NCBI RefSeq assembly: GCF_009914755.1
Contig: NC_060930.1
Source of the DNA: the human T2T-CHM13v2.0 reference genome, Homo sapiens
DNA length: 64,000 nt
Direction: 5' to 3' (one strand)
Below the pieces are notes generated by a model. That model worked only from the letters and a program-made list of their open reading frames with translations. It made no database searches and was not told the DNA's origin. Of this stretch, positions 30,503 through 44,975 are shown piece by piece. Position 1 is the stretch's first letter. Each line of letters begins with the position of its first letter. A program made the translations under genes and the position numbers.

Positions 30503-30793
30503 CTGTTCCCTTTTGGCACTGCCTGCTCCCAGCCTGCAGTTCAGCATCTCTAACAAAACTCTGTAAGCAGAGTGTGCAAGGACAAGACAGACAGCAGACC
30601 AATTAGAAGAACATGTTTTTTCCAACATTAGCCTTTTCAAGCCTAAGTATGGCCCCTTAAGGGGTTCTAAACCCCCATTTTAGAAACACTAGAAATAATG
30701 TTCCTTGTTGTCCTTTTGTTTTGTTTCGTTTAGTACCTACCCCCAAATTCTCAGGTGTCAGAATCCTGAAAGCAAATGCTGGAGCTAAGGAAA

Positions 30794-30797
<4 letters not shown>

Positions 30798-30826
<29 letters not shown>
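30798..30826. repeat. T29 tract (A29 in the GFOD1 mRNA)
   Basis: Homopolymer not attached to any recognisable retroelement. Confidence 0.95.
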
Positions 30827-31984
30827 GTAAGGAAAGAGGATTCTGATTGGAACTGAAGGCTTCCTTTCTAAATCCACAAAGCTGGATGAATCTCCTAAAA
30901 GCTCTTGCCCAGCTTGGTAGGAGAGATGCGCGATAGAGCCCCAAACACCTCCTGGCTAGGCTCACTTTACCCTCTATTTAGGAATTCACACTGCAACACT
31001 GAGGCACACAGCTCTCCCCAGTCTTTGGGGGCAGCATATGAGCTTATGGCCAAACCCATACTTTGTGCTGTCTTCTTGGCCCTGCCTGGAGAGCCACGTG
31101 GCAGGGCTACCTTAACACCGCAGTAATCCCTCTGATACTCAATTCCACCTTTACTGGAAATAGTGTTATAAGGTGACTCCTTGCAGTTTTTTAATTGTTG
31201 ACAAGTTCAAAGGGATATTTTATTCTCTGCTGCCCCTGCTTTGGTGCAGCCTGTGCTCTTTTCTTGTGGCTCCTGGGAGTCCTGCTTTTTGCTTGCTATT
31301 TCTGACCTCTCTTTCTCTACCAGGTGAAGGGCAATGAACCAAGTACAAAGACACACCCTCAGTGCTTCCTATGAGGAAGCCCAATCAATCAAAAGGTGGC
31401 CACTTTGCTACTAAGTACTTTTGCCGTTAGATACCTTATATCCAATAAAAAGTGGCTTCCTGGAATTTGAACTTTCTCACCAGCCCATCCCACCCCCAAC
31501 CCCAGCCTAACACGCTTCTGTGGACTGTGAAAATGGGCCTTCTCCTGCCAGCAGTGGGTATCCCGGGCACTGAGCTTGCCATCTGATACTAGTGCCTTGA
31601 CCTTGCAGAACCACTTGGCTTGCAGAAGGCCAAGGTGTGTGGGATGGATGAGGTAGGGAGGGAAGCAACCCCTCCTTGCTTGTCACAGTAAAGGGCAGCA
31701 GAGGCAGCTAAACCAAACCACTCTCGTGCAAATACCCAGCAGGGATCATCCCAGGAATGGCAGGCTCTCCTGAATGCTTCCAGGCTAGGAGCTCAGCCCA
31801 CCAACAGTCTGGTTTGGGGTCGGTCACCGGGATTGGAGTTTACCTTCCTAGATGCCATTTATTCACACTGTCCCTCCACCTCCCTGATCCCCACATTCCC
31901 CATGGTCACCCTCTCCCCTCGGCCCTTCCCTCTCTGTGGACATCCCCTGCAGAAGGCTCAAGTCCCCGAGGTTCTCAATCTGTG

Positions 31985-32904
31985 CTAACAGTAGAGGGAC
32001 ATCCTGCTGCGGCGCATGGCCTCGCTGATCAGGTAGGCGGGGCTCAGCTCCGGCTCCTCGGTCATGATGGCAATGTTCTGCCACTCGCCCGTCTGGCTGG
32101 ACCTCTTGATGGTGTCCACCACGCACAAGGCATACAGGCAGTCGTCGAAGGTGGCGGCCATGGTGAGGGGCCGCCCATCCCACGTGCGCCGGTCGTCCTG
32201 GTCCTGGAAGGCCTGGCGCACCGCCTGCATCATCTTGATGGTGCCGCGCAGGTAGGGCGAGGGGATGTCGCTGAAGGCCTTCTCCGGAAGCAGGGAGTTG
32301 CTCACCGGCGTGGCGTCCTGCACCAGCAGCTCCTGCTCCGGGGCGCTGTTGCGCTGCCCGTACAGGTCGGTGCCCACGGCCAGCAGGCGCCCGGCTGAGC
32401 CCACCACAGTGACATCCTGCTTGAACTCGCCGGGCACGTTGAAGTTGAGGGTGACGGTGCAGCACACCCCGCCCTCCAGCACCATCTGGAAGGTGCAGAA
32501 GTCATCGCTGGTGATCTGTCGGATGCCCTTGATGTGGTCAGTCTGCTTCACGAAGGTCTTGAGCAGCCCGTGGACCTTGACGGCCTTTTGGCCGGTGAGG
32601 AAGGTGAGCAGGTCGATGATGTAGGTGCCCACGGAGTGCAGGCCGCCGCCGCCCATCAAGTCGTCGCAGCTCCAGTTGTACTTCTTGCCCAGCAGGCTGC
32701 CGCCGTGCACCTGCACCTCACACACCAGCGGCTCGCCCACGTAGCCCTCCTCGATCAGCTGCTTCATGCGCACGAAAGCCGGCAGGAAGCGCAGCACGTT
32801 GCCCATGATGCTCATGAGCTTGGGGTAGTAGTGGGCGGCCGAGGTCATGCGGAAAGCGTCCAGCGGCGTGGCCGTGCGGTCGCAGATGACGTTCTTGCCG
32901 ATGC
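31985..32904 (-). CDS. GFOD1: Terminal coding exon of GFOD1 (Gfo/Idh/MocA-like oxidoreductase domain-containing 1); phase-1 start, stop at 31987-31985
   Basis: ORF 31985..32848 ([21 protein letters not shown]...[10 protein letters not shown]) extends in frame upstream as (G)[18 protein letters not shown] to an AG acceptor. I recognise this as the GFOD1 C-terminal portion. High GC3 and CpG-rich; 920 coding nt. Confidence 0.97.
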
Positions 32905-32960
32905 CTGCGGGTGGGAGGAAGACAGCGGTCAGCGGGGCAGGACCATGTCCGAGCGCGCGT
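32000..32960. other. Exonic CpG-island-like region
   Basis: Very high GC and CpG density over the coding exon compared with CpG-depleted flanks. Confidence 0.75.
32905..32932 (-). promoter_or_regulatory. GFOD1: 3' splice site: branch point CTGAC, polypyrimidine tract, CAG|G
   Basis: Minus strand reads gCTGACcgctgtcttcctcccacccgCAG|GCATCGGC; AG at 32906-32905, branch A at ~32929. Confidence 0.93.
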
Positions 32961-33004
32961 CCCTGGGTCAGATCTTAAAATATTTCACATTAATAGAAAA
33001 AGAA

Positions 33005-33120
33005 GGTCAGATGTGGTGGCTCATGCCTGTTGTCCCAGCACTTTGGGAGGCCAAGGCCGGAGGAGGCCTTGAGCCCAGGAGTTGGAGGCCAGCCTGGGTA
33101 ACACAGAGAGATCCTGTCTC

Positions 33121-33168
<48 letters not shown>

Positions 33169-33350
33169 CCGGGCGTGGTGGTGCACGCCTGTGGTCCCAG
33201 CTACTCAGGAGGCCGAAGTGGGAGGATCACTTGAGCCCAGGAGGTTGAGGCTGCAGTGAGCTATGTTCTGGCCGCTGCAGTGAGCTATGTTCTGGCCACT
33301 GCACTCCAGCCTGGGGACAGCAAGACTCTGTCTCAAAAAATAAAAAATAA
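33005..33350 (+). mobile_element. AluJ with (AAT)n linker expansion and internal 24-bp tandem duplication
   Basis: (AAT)n at 33121-33164; gctgcagtgagctatgttctggcc repeated twice at 33250-33297. Confidence 0.9.
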
Positions 33351-33414
33351 TGAAAATAAAAAAGATATTCTATATATTTCAATATTACTTTAAATATTTA
33401 TGTTGCATTACTTA

Positions 33415-34020
<606 letters not shown>

Positions 34021-36200
34021 CTGGTCCCAAAAGGCCATGACTTACTTAATTTTAATGTTAAATGTCTGGTATTGATTTAAATAGTAAGGTTTATTTTAAG
34101 ATATTTAAGTAACCTATATTTTAGAAATGTTTAACAATATTTGCTAAGGTAGTATAAAATGCTTCATTTTATATTTTATTTATATAAACCTATAACATTT
34201 TAAACAGAAATAGATTTTGCTTTTATGTTATTTAAATACAAAATATTAGATAGTACTATTAAAGTATACAATATAATCTTTTTACATATAAAATATATTG
34301 TTACAGTTATCATATATATAAAATGTTTGATATGTTGTATTTTATATTTAAAATATCATTTTTAGTAAAAGTGTATTATTATTAAAAATCATATAGTGAA
34401 AGGAGAAGAGTGCCTGTATTTGGACAGAATAAGAATACATAAACTTAAATCCTAGCCAAGGTAAGTCTAATTAAGTCTGAAGAACTTCTTATTGATACCC
34501 TTTGAAGGTCTAAGCTTTTGGCTAATGTCTTCCCCTCTCCACCCCTCACAATTCCCCAGGATTGTATTTTGAGCATTATCATGCTTGTTTATTTTGCATT
34601 CTGGATTAGGGCTGGCAGTGGTCACAGATGTGTTCGTTTAACGTTTTTCTTTTCCTACAAAGAGCGGATATCACCTAAATCTGAGGAGTTGGCAGTGCCT
34701 GCTTCCTTCCCGACCCCCATCTGCTTCAGGGTGGGGTATGTTGCTTTTGGCCAGTGGAGGTCAGGCCAAATAAGATTTAGTCTTATGTGATGACTGTGAT
34801 GTGTGTATAAATTACACAGAGACCAAAATGCCTCTCTGAGCCCTTTAGGAGACTAAGTGGTTCTGGGTCTGGGGAAAACAAAGGATCAAAGGAAAGGAGA
34901 GTGGCAGGGAATGAGAAAGGGATTTATTTCATGGAAGCCAAGAGTCAGGGAAGAAGAAAAACAACTCAGCTGGACCTGGAGAAACAGCCAACTGGAGGGC
35001 AAGAAAAAAAAAAAAAAGAATGACACAGATTTGTTAGCAAGTCAGATAAAACAGACGCTAGGCAAAAAGACTTGGGAGTCAAAGCACCTGTCCTGGGGCA
35101 GGTCTCTGTGGTCTAGGCATGCTCACCCATAGACCCTCTAATGGAGACCTGGGCACTCCAGCCGCAGATGTGGGAGAGACCCCAAGAGAAATGGGGTGAT
35201 GAGACACACGCCACCCTATCCCACTTGTCCTGACTACAGACACTCAATTGACAAAATCCACGAACACTTACAACGTGCTGAGCTAAGATGGGGTTTTGTA
35301 GAAGTCGTGAGATTGCAGATGTCTGTCCAGGGCCACAGCCTGGCACATGGCTTTCTCATTTTCCCAGTGGAAGAGCTAGCCAAATCCTAGAACTGGTCGG
35401 TACAGATTGGAGAAAGGAAATACAAACCATGGCTGTCAGTTTCCACGTGCACATCTAGTTCTGGCCCTGAGTGAAAAGCCTGGAGCCTACAGAATGACCA
35501 CACCTCCTTGCCTTTTCTTCTATGTTGGCAGAGCTGGGCTGGTGCCCCTGATGGCCATGAAATAGCAGTGAGAAGCTCTTTTAGTGCTTAGCAACCAGAT
35601 GAGGACTGAGGCTCCGGCAGAGAGATAAGATAACATTGGTTTGTATCGCCAAAAGTGCCACACACCTGTGTAACATTATGTTCTGACAATATGATCCCGT
35701 AGGCATAAGGCTCATCTAACACCAGCTCATGCTACCAGGAACAGATTTATATGTAAATGCAGCGGTAGGTCACTGCAGGGACAGGTGATAAATACTGCCA
35801 AAATCTGCCTCACACCCATTGGGTGTAGGCTCTGGCCTCTACTACACCCTATTTCAAGGTCCCCAAAAGCAGGATCCTGACTGCCATCTGCTTAGTATAC
35901 GCTATTGGTCATATTAATGGCACTTAAGAAAAGGTTTTTATTTTTTTCTATTATAAAAACTATAAAATAAAATAATAAAAGAAGAATAATTAGAGAAAAA
36001 TGATCCACACCCCTTCCCTACACACCCAAAACAATGATTGCATGGAATTCTTTGCAGCTCCATAGATAAAGAGATTTTGATGAAAGCTCCAGAAGATGTA
36101 AAATGAACATGACATGATATACAAAAATGCAACTCCACCCTGAGACTCACATGTGGATTCCCCAGGGATCTGAGACACACACATCCCTTCAGGCTATTTA

Positions 36201-36298
36201 TTAGGTTGCTGCAAATGTAATTGTGGTTTTACCACTGAAAGTAATTGTGGTGCCCTCTTTTTAATGGTAAAACTGCAATTACTTTTGCACCAACCTAA
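36201..36298. mobile_element. MADE1 (Hsmar1-derived MITE) with internal extra segment
   Basis: TA|ttaggttgctgcaaatgtaattg...caattacttttgcaccaacctaa|TA palindrome. Confidence 0.9.
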
Positions 36299-36539
36299 TA
36301 TATATGATATGGCTCCACATTATACAGTAAGGCCCTCAAGGATAAGGGCTGGGTTGTTTAATGCTTAAGTCTCCATTAATACCCACAGCACCCTGTGGTG
36401 CATCCAGTGTGCAGCAGGAACCCAGCAAACCTTGTTGCCTGCCCCACCTTTGTGCCCACAGTCTTTTGCAACATTCATGCTTTACAGATGGGTCTCGGCA
36501 ACATCTTAACACACGATATCTTCAAAAGTCAAACGAGAC

Positions 36540-37240
36540 TTCTAGGAATTTCTCATAAAGAACTAATCCAATATGCAAGCATGGCTTCTTGCCCAAAGAT
36601 AGTTTTGACTGCATTATTTATTATAGCAAAAAACTGGGAACAGAGGTTGGATGCAGTGGCTTCACGCCCATAATTCTGGAGTTTTGGGGAGATCACTTGA
36701 GGCCAGGAGTTTGAGACCAGTCTGGACAACATAGCAAGATCCCATTTCTTAAAAAAAGCCAGGCGTGGTGATGCATGCCTGTAGTCCCAGCTACTTAGGA
36801 GGCTGAGGTGGGAGCATCACTTAAGCCCAGGAGTTTAAAGCTGCAGTGAGCTATGACTGTGTCACTGCACTCCAGCCTAGGTGACAGTGAGACCCTGTCT
36901 CAAAACAAAAAACAAAACAACTATGAGCAACGCAAATACCCAACAGAAAAAGGGTTAAGTCAACTGTCATGCAGCCATATAATAGAATATTGTGCAACCA
37001 TAGAAAATGATGCTTATGGAGACTTTTCAATGGCAAGTAAGATGATTATGATGTAATGTTAAATGAAAAGGGCTCTATTCATAGACATATATGATCTCAA
37101 CCCTCTCTGAAATGACAAAAGAAAAAGAAAAACCCTAGGAGGTTTACTCTGATTAGTAGGAGTGGTTGGATTAGTAGGATTATGATTGATTTTATTTTCT
37201 TCACATTTTTCCATATTTTCTAAATTTGTAATTTTATGGT
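36540..37240 (+). mobile_element. Old L1M 3' end with inserted AluJ (~36644-36920)
   Basis: gcattatttattatagcaaaaaactgggaaca...gaatattgtgcaaccatagaaaatgat. Confidence 0.7.
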
Positions 37241-37929
37241 CAGAAAAAAAAAGCTAATTAAAAAAATCCACAAAGAGACAGGAAGACCTTTGAAGGACAG
37301 CACTCACAATAATGGAAAAAGGGTCCTCCAAAGTCTAGGGGAGCTGGCAGGTCCCAGCTCTCATGGGCCCATCCCAGTTCCTGAGCCCCAGAGAGCTGGT
37401 AGAAGGTTCTGCTGACCCTGAATCTTGAAAGCTTCAGAAGCCCGGGCTCTGTTGCCAGGTCTTCTTGCTCCATTTGCTCAAGACCTCTTTATGATTCTTA
37501 CTGAAAGCTGTGGACTCTCTCTCCAAAACATGCAACTCAGACAGATGCACAAAACTCTGCCACAACCTGAAGCCCATGCACGGATCCCCTCCGGTTCTGA
37601 GGCCCAGGCATCATCATACATTCACAATAAATTCTTAAAGGCTTTGGGACATATTGTTAAAAATAAGATAATCCTTCCAGTTCCAAAAGGAACCCAAAAC
37701 GCAGAGCCAGCAGACCCTTCACGAATTGCTAAGCAAAGTTTGTTTTCTCTGCATTCTGGACAGTCTTCCCTTACCCTACCTCTCTCGGTGGGCTTCTGAA
37801 AAGCCCACTCTGAGATCCTCAAGATCCTCAGGTTTTTTCTTTTTCCAGCTTTTCCCCACCCAAATCTTCGCTATCAAAAGGTTCTTGCTAAAGGAGCACA
37901 ATTCTAAGTATAGACTTCTAGTCAGACAC

Positions 37930-37984
37930 TGTGTGTGTGTGTATATGTGTTTATGTGTGTGTGTGTGTATGTATGTATGTGTGT
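37930..37984. repeat. (TG)n/(TATG)n microsatellite
   Basis: Seen directly. Confidence 0.9.
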
Positions 37985-40982
37985 AGGTGGATTAGTGTGG
38001 CACAGAGCATTCCTCTCATCCCTAAAACCACGTGCAACGTAAAGGGAACTTGCATTGTCTGAGTGTGTGGTTGACATACCCCACAATCCTGGGTGTGTCA
38101 GATGCCATTCACTGTATGCTGGGATTTCTCCCGAAGAAAGCACACAGGTACCTGTTCTGCAAACTGCCTGTCTGTCAGCCTGGGCTTTGGACTCGGCTCT
38201 CCAGCAAATACCACAGGTATTTGATCTTCTCATGACAATCATCTGTCTTAGCATAGGAGAAAGCACCAAAATGGCTCTTTAGAGAAAAGCACTCTCTCCC
38301 ATTTAATGTAGGAAATAAGTAGAGGCAGTCTTGCACTCTTCTCTAAGCACGTGGCTATGACATTTCTTTGACTTGAGGGTAAGTAGATTCTACCGGGAAG
38401 ACAGAAAATGAGGGGTTCAGGCAGAGGCAGAGGCCCTGTTTTCTTATAAGCCCTTTACAGCCATGGCTAATTTCCTAATGGAGAAACCTACAAAGGCTTT
38501 CCCCCTTTTGCCATGAGAAAAGAATACTGCCCTAGGTCACTGTGCACAGCCTAAGGAGGCCATCTGCACTTTCTTACTCCTAGGTGAACAACTTCCCTGA
38601 AAAGACAAGGGAGCCACTTGTCCCATGCTGAGTCCACACACCTCTGGGAGCACCAGGCCAACACACGTTCTTTAGGTCTCAGGTTTACATCCTCTTGTGG
38701 CAAAATGTGGTGCCCACTTTCTGAGGCAAAAAGATCAAAAACTTTGGGACTTCAAACAATTTCAGAGATAAAAATCATGCTGCAGAGAATTAGGCAAAGG
38801 GACTTGGAACATATGGACTCTATTTCACTCCAGATTAACAGGCAGTGAAAAATGAAAACCATGAAAACAAGAAGTGCCTGAGAAAGTATGTTTTGTGTTT
38901 TGCCAAGCCCCAAACATTTCCCAAGTGGTGGGAGAGGTCTGGCAAAGTCCCCTGGTGCTCTCAATGGTGGTAGAGGAACGGGAGGGGCTTTCTGTGCACA
39001 TGCGGGTATGATGGGTGAGGGTCACTCTGCTGCATCCATCCAGGACTGTGAACCATCACGCCACGGCTCCATGCTCAGCTCGCCCCCCTGAGGGCTCTGT
39101 CCCTGCATCCAGAAATGGCTGTCTTGGAGGGTTGCCGCATCTGTCAATGTGATGCAGTGTGACCACGGGTGAGTGGCAGAAAGCACACGAGGACTGGCCT
39201 GAGTCTTCTGGGGAGGCCTTCACAACTCACTCCACAAAGACCAGGCAGCCCTTTGTGTGAGAACAAAGAGCTAAAGCTGGGTCTTTTGAAGGCTTTGGGG
39301 CTTGAACCAACTTAAAATTTTAAGACAATATCCTCTCAGCAGCAAATAAAGCGAAGCTATCTGTCTTTAAAATGGTGGAGCTGAGAGATACCTTCCAACC
39401 TATGTTGCCGTGCTGTAATTAGGAGCAAAATGAGATCCGTGGGAAACTTCTGACGGGTTAGAGTGCTATGTGCAAGGCAGTGTGCCTGATCTTCATCAGA
39501 AGCTTTTAAGTTAAATAATTTCAGAAGAAGCTTTACTGCCCTCCTGAGATCCCTCATGGGGAAATGGAAAATCAGCTCCCTCCGAAGCCTGCTGAATGTG
39601 TTCTCTGTAACCGAGCCAAAATATTCATGGCCCTCCTGAGAAATCTGTGCTATAGGGAAGAGTTTCCAGCCCAGAGACCCTAAAGCCCTTCAGGCAGCTG
39701 CTCCCCTTATATCCTCCAAGCTCAGGGTCTCCAAGTTGTGGCTGAGTCTCTGCTCCTATCTCAGGACAGATCAGAGCTTTGGTGGGGCTGACACTTGATC
39801 CAAATGGTACCCCTGGGAGTCTGGGCAAGGGGCTTCCCATTCACACCTCTAGGGAAAGATGGAGCTCTGTTGTCCCACAGAGCAGGTACCCGTTGCTGCC
39901 CTTCATCAGGGAAGTTATCCCTGGGTACCTGAAGGATGGCTGACACCTGGCCACCCAGGGACCAGGGCTGTTCCCTAACATAATCAGCCTGGAACCTCAA
40001 GCATCCCTCCCCGTGAGCACACTTCCAATCACACAATCCCTGATCTAATCATGGTGGAAATCTCAGAGGCAATGCTACTTTCCACGAGTTCCTCCCCATC
40101 ATTCCACTTGTGTTGACAGCCCCTTATCTTCTAGAAGCCAAAACGGATGCTAGTTCTGCAGGCTGGCTTGCAGCTGTCCCAGCAGATTGGCAGAGCCCCC
40201 AAAAGAAGTCCCATCAGATATGGCTTCCTATTTTTTCCTCGCATTTGCAGAAGGTAGAGACGGCTTGCTTTGCATTTCAAGTAGGGAACTCATTATCTTC
40301 ATTTATACTTTGTTCCTTCAACATTTCTGTGCTAGGCACTGGGACCAAAAAATGAGTAAGAAAGATGAATAAGAGCTCACAGTCTAGTAGAGGAGACCAA
40401 TCAGGAAAGGCGTGATTATGGAATGCAGATCTCAGAAAGTGATAAACAATGAAACCATGAAGGAAGGGCTGCCCAACCGATTTGGGCATGGAAGAAAGTT
40501 TTGCTGGAGAGGGAACGTTTGAGCTGGGTTCTGAAGCATGCATAGGAGCTTGCCTATTCATCATTCAGAGTTTGGTTCGGGTATAAAAAATGGTCTAAAA
40601 TAAGATTAATGGTGTTTAATGTGGAATCTGGGAAACTGCTAATACTGGACTGTTTATAAAAACTGTTGTGTGTATATCCTGATGCACAGTTTTCTGAGAG
40701 AGGTTCATTAGATTCTTAAAATAATCTGTGATTCAAGAAAGATTAAGCAGAATTGGAGTTTAGAGTAAAGAAAAAGAAAAAAGGCAGGTCAAAGACAAAT
40801 CTCTGGTTTCAACAGAACTAAGCATATGAACAGAGCTATTTATAATCCCTCCATCCCTGCACCCTGAGACATGGGACATTTAGTCACTTTCACTCTCTCA
40901 CTCACTTACTGCAACACTCCATTTAGCCCAGCTCTTTTTCCCCTTTTATTTTTCTTCCTGCTAATCTCCTTCCTGCTCCCCC

Positions 40983-40983
<1 letters not shown>

Positions 40984-41018
<35 letters not shown>
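40984..41018. repeat. (CA)n microsatellite
   Basis: Seen directly. Confidence 0.95.
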
Positions 41019-41021
<3 letters not shown>

Positions 41022-41269
41022 CGCTTTTTTTTTTTTTTTGAAGTTAGAAACTGCAAAAGAAGTGGAAGTATCATCAGGATTGACTTGTCTAAATCTCACT
41101 CTTCCCTCTGTCCCTTCCTCCATATACATTAAAAGAGGCCATTTGGAGAGACTAAATCCCCGATTTTCAATCCCCATGAAAGTTCTTAACATCAATACAA
41201 CTTCCCAACTCAAAAGACTAGTCTGATCTGCTCATAGCACAAATGGTACAATTTCAAATAGCAACAACA

Positions 41270-41490
41270 GTCATTTATTGAGTGCTTACTTTGTGCCAGA
41301 GGAGGCACAATGTATTTTGCATGCATTTTCATGTTTTAGTCTACACAACCAGGTACTTGTCCTGTTCCCATCTTACAGATGTGGAAACTGAGCCTCTGAG
41401 GGGTAAGCAACTTGCCTCTGATTCCACAACTCGATAGTAGTAGAGTCAAATCTGGAATTTGAACCCAGATTGTCTGGCTACAAAGCCAGC
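41270..41490 (-). mobile_element. MIR
   Basis: cccatcttacagatgtggaaactgag...ggaatttgaacccagattgtctg. Confidence 0.8.
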
Positions 41491-41511
41491 CTAGTCTTTT
41501 TAAAAATATGT

Positions 41512-42440
<929 letters not shown>

Positions 42441-44477
42441 TACTTTGGGTCTGATCTGAACTTTTGCACCCTTGCTGCCTTCTGATCACCCTTCTCTTAA
42501 GGCTGGCTAGGTTATTCTTTGCACCCATGTCACCCAGAGATACACGCTCCTATTTTTACTGGCTACACTTGCCTGTGCACATATATGCAATGTCTGCAGC
42601 ACACAGCACAAAAGGAGGGCTCTGAAGACAATCATGCGACTGACTGCAGTGAGCTTCAGAAACCAGGGCGGTGGGGATGGGAGGCCCGATGTTCTGCTGG
42701 GTGACATCTAAAGTCTCAGGGCAATTTGATTAAGTTTCCATCCTAATTTCACACCTGAAACGGAAATGGGTCAGAGTGACTCATATTCAGCTCCTGTGTT
42801 AAAGCTCCTGGGGCTATCAGTGGGCTTGGAAAGAGGGTTACAGCCAGTGAAAGGAAGTCAGGATGGCTGATGTTGATGGGACTTAGTGTTGAACTGAATT
42901 AATTGCTCAAGTGCTTTCTACATTCAACCCGCCCATAAGGCCAAGCCCCTATCCCACCAACCCCTTTGTGAACCGTCCCCCATGACTCAAGCCTGTTGCC
43001 TGGGCCCTCTTATTGCCCAGGAACCCCCATTAGCACGGGGATTTTCTCAGATTGCTTCGTGTGCATTTGGTCATCTAATGACGGAAACTATCACATGTGT
43101 AATGAGCATTTACTCCTGAAACACTTTCGAATTTCTGTTACCTTATTGGTAAATCCCATACATCTCCATCTCTACAGCTTATATTTGAGGCTACAGTTGA
43201 GAATGCAGATATGATATTGGGGAGTCACTAGCCAGCTCCTTCCAGCAGGGGCATTCCCCAGGAAAGAAAAGAAAAGCTTGCTACTTCCAGCCCAAGGGAG
43301 ACTGAGGGTAGAGGTCTAGAAACAACAGGTAGGTATGTAGAACCAAGAGACCTTCCAAGCTAGTGGCCAGCTTCCCATGCAGGGAGGCCTGGGGCAGTCC
43401 TCCCCTTCATGTCAGTGGCACATACAGACCAGAGTCTAAGGAGGCAGGGAGGTGGGACGGGGGCAAGAGGTCCCATGGGAGAACAGAGGTTTGGAGTTGG
43501 ATACAGTGGTGACAGTGGTCAGGGACTTGCGGACAGAGGAAAATGGCCAGGACTGTGAACTCCAGCAGTTGAGTCCTGCTATATTGGTCCAAAATAGCCA
43601 AATGACAACTACTGTACCTCGGTGGTCGCTATTCTAGAGAGTGGCCTAGAACAGCCATTCTTGAGCCTACACCACCACTCCACGCTTGGACAAGCCAGGA
43701 TTCACAGTGCACCCCCTGGATCCAAGGGACAGAGCCAGAGTCTCATAAGCCACACTACCCCCATAGAAAGAGCCAATTTCTGGAGTGGAAGAGGAAAAAG
43801 CAGAATGCCAAACATTGGGTCACCAGAGTCATGTAAAAGAGGCTGAGATACAAGAAAACACAAATGATTGGGTTGGGTGAGATTGCTGGGTTGAACTACA
43901 ATTCCATTTCCTACCCACCCACCTAAGAGGATGGAGGCCTAGAATGGCGGTCAGCCTGGCTGTTGAGAAATAAAGGAATCTATGCTTTCTCTTCCCAAGC
44001 ATGGCGTGAAACCTCATCACACATCCAAAAGGCTGGGAACCTCCTATCATCTCCCAAAGCCCTCACTTAGTCCCCAACAAAACCTCAGAATCTCCTTGTT
44101 GATTGCAAGTCAATACTTCAAGAGAAACACTATCCTCACTGTGTGTACAGTGGGAAGGCAAGATACTTTAAACTAGGCAACATCTCAGAATAAATGTAGG
44201 AAATTCTCTATTCAAGGTGGGTTGTGCTTTAGTGAAGGGATCACAAGTGTATTTACCCAGCAGATATGTTTTTTTTTTTTTTTTAAAAGCCAATATATTT
44301 CACACAGTCCTAAGTTTTGGTCTCAAAAAATGCAAAAATCCAGAAACATTGGGTTTCTTCTGCAGAGCCTCCTGCATGACAACACTCAGTTGTAGCTATC
44401 TAGTGGCTTCCACAGTTAGATGGCATGTACATCTCCAGTATACCACAGTCCTCACCAGTCTCTAGTGCATTGCTGTC

Positions 44478-44975
44478 CTGTATTAGTTTTGTATTGCTGC
44501 TATAACAAACCAGCACAAACTGAGCAGCTTAAAACAACACCCATTTACTGCTTTTCAGTTCTCTAGAACAGAAGTTCAGGTGGGCTCAGCTGGATCCCTG
44601 ATTAGGGTTTCACACAATCATTCTGGAGAAGAATCTGCTTCCAAGCTCATTCAGGCTGTTGGTTGAACTTGGTTCCTTGTGGCTATAGGACTGAGGTCCC
44701 CATCTCCTTGCTGGCTGTCAGCTTCTACAGAGCCCACTTTCCTGCTGTGTGCCCTGCCATCTTCAAGCCAGCAACAGCATGTGGAAGTTGGATGCTTCTC
44801 ATGCTTGGAAGCCCTTGGACTTCCTCTTTTGCCACCAGTGAGAGAGAATTTGCCACCTTTCCAGAGCTCCTGTGATTAGATTAGGCCCACCCAGATGATC
44901 CCCTTTTTGCCGTAGAACTAATCACAGAAGTAACACCAAGTGGCAAAGGTCCTCTTAGAATTCTACCTCCCACAG
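44478..44975 (-). mobile_element. MLT1-type MaLR LTR
   Basis: tgtattagttttgtattgctgctataacaaaccagcacaaactgagcagcttaaaacaacac...cttagaattctacctcccaca. Confidence 0.8.

Noticed and set aside
31757-33259. Long overlapping ORFs (31757..32398 +, 31863..32465 -, 32265..32624 +, 32534..33259 +)
   Set aside because: Antisense or alternative-frame shadows of the GC3-rich GFOD1 exon; one runs into an Alu and an (AAT)n tract.
34030-34400. Very AT-rich stretch
   Set aside because: Low complexity with no periodicity or identifiable element.
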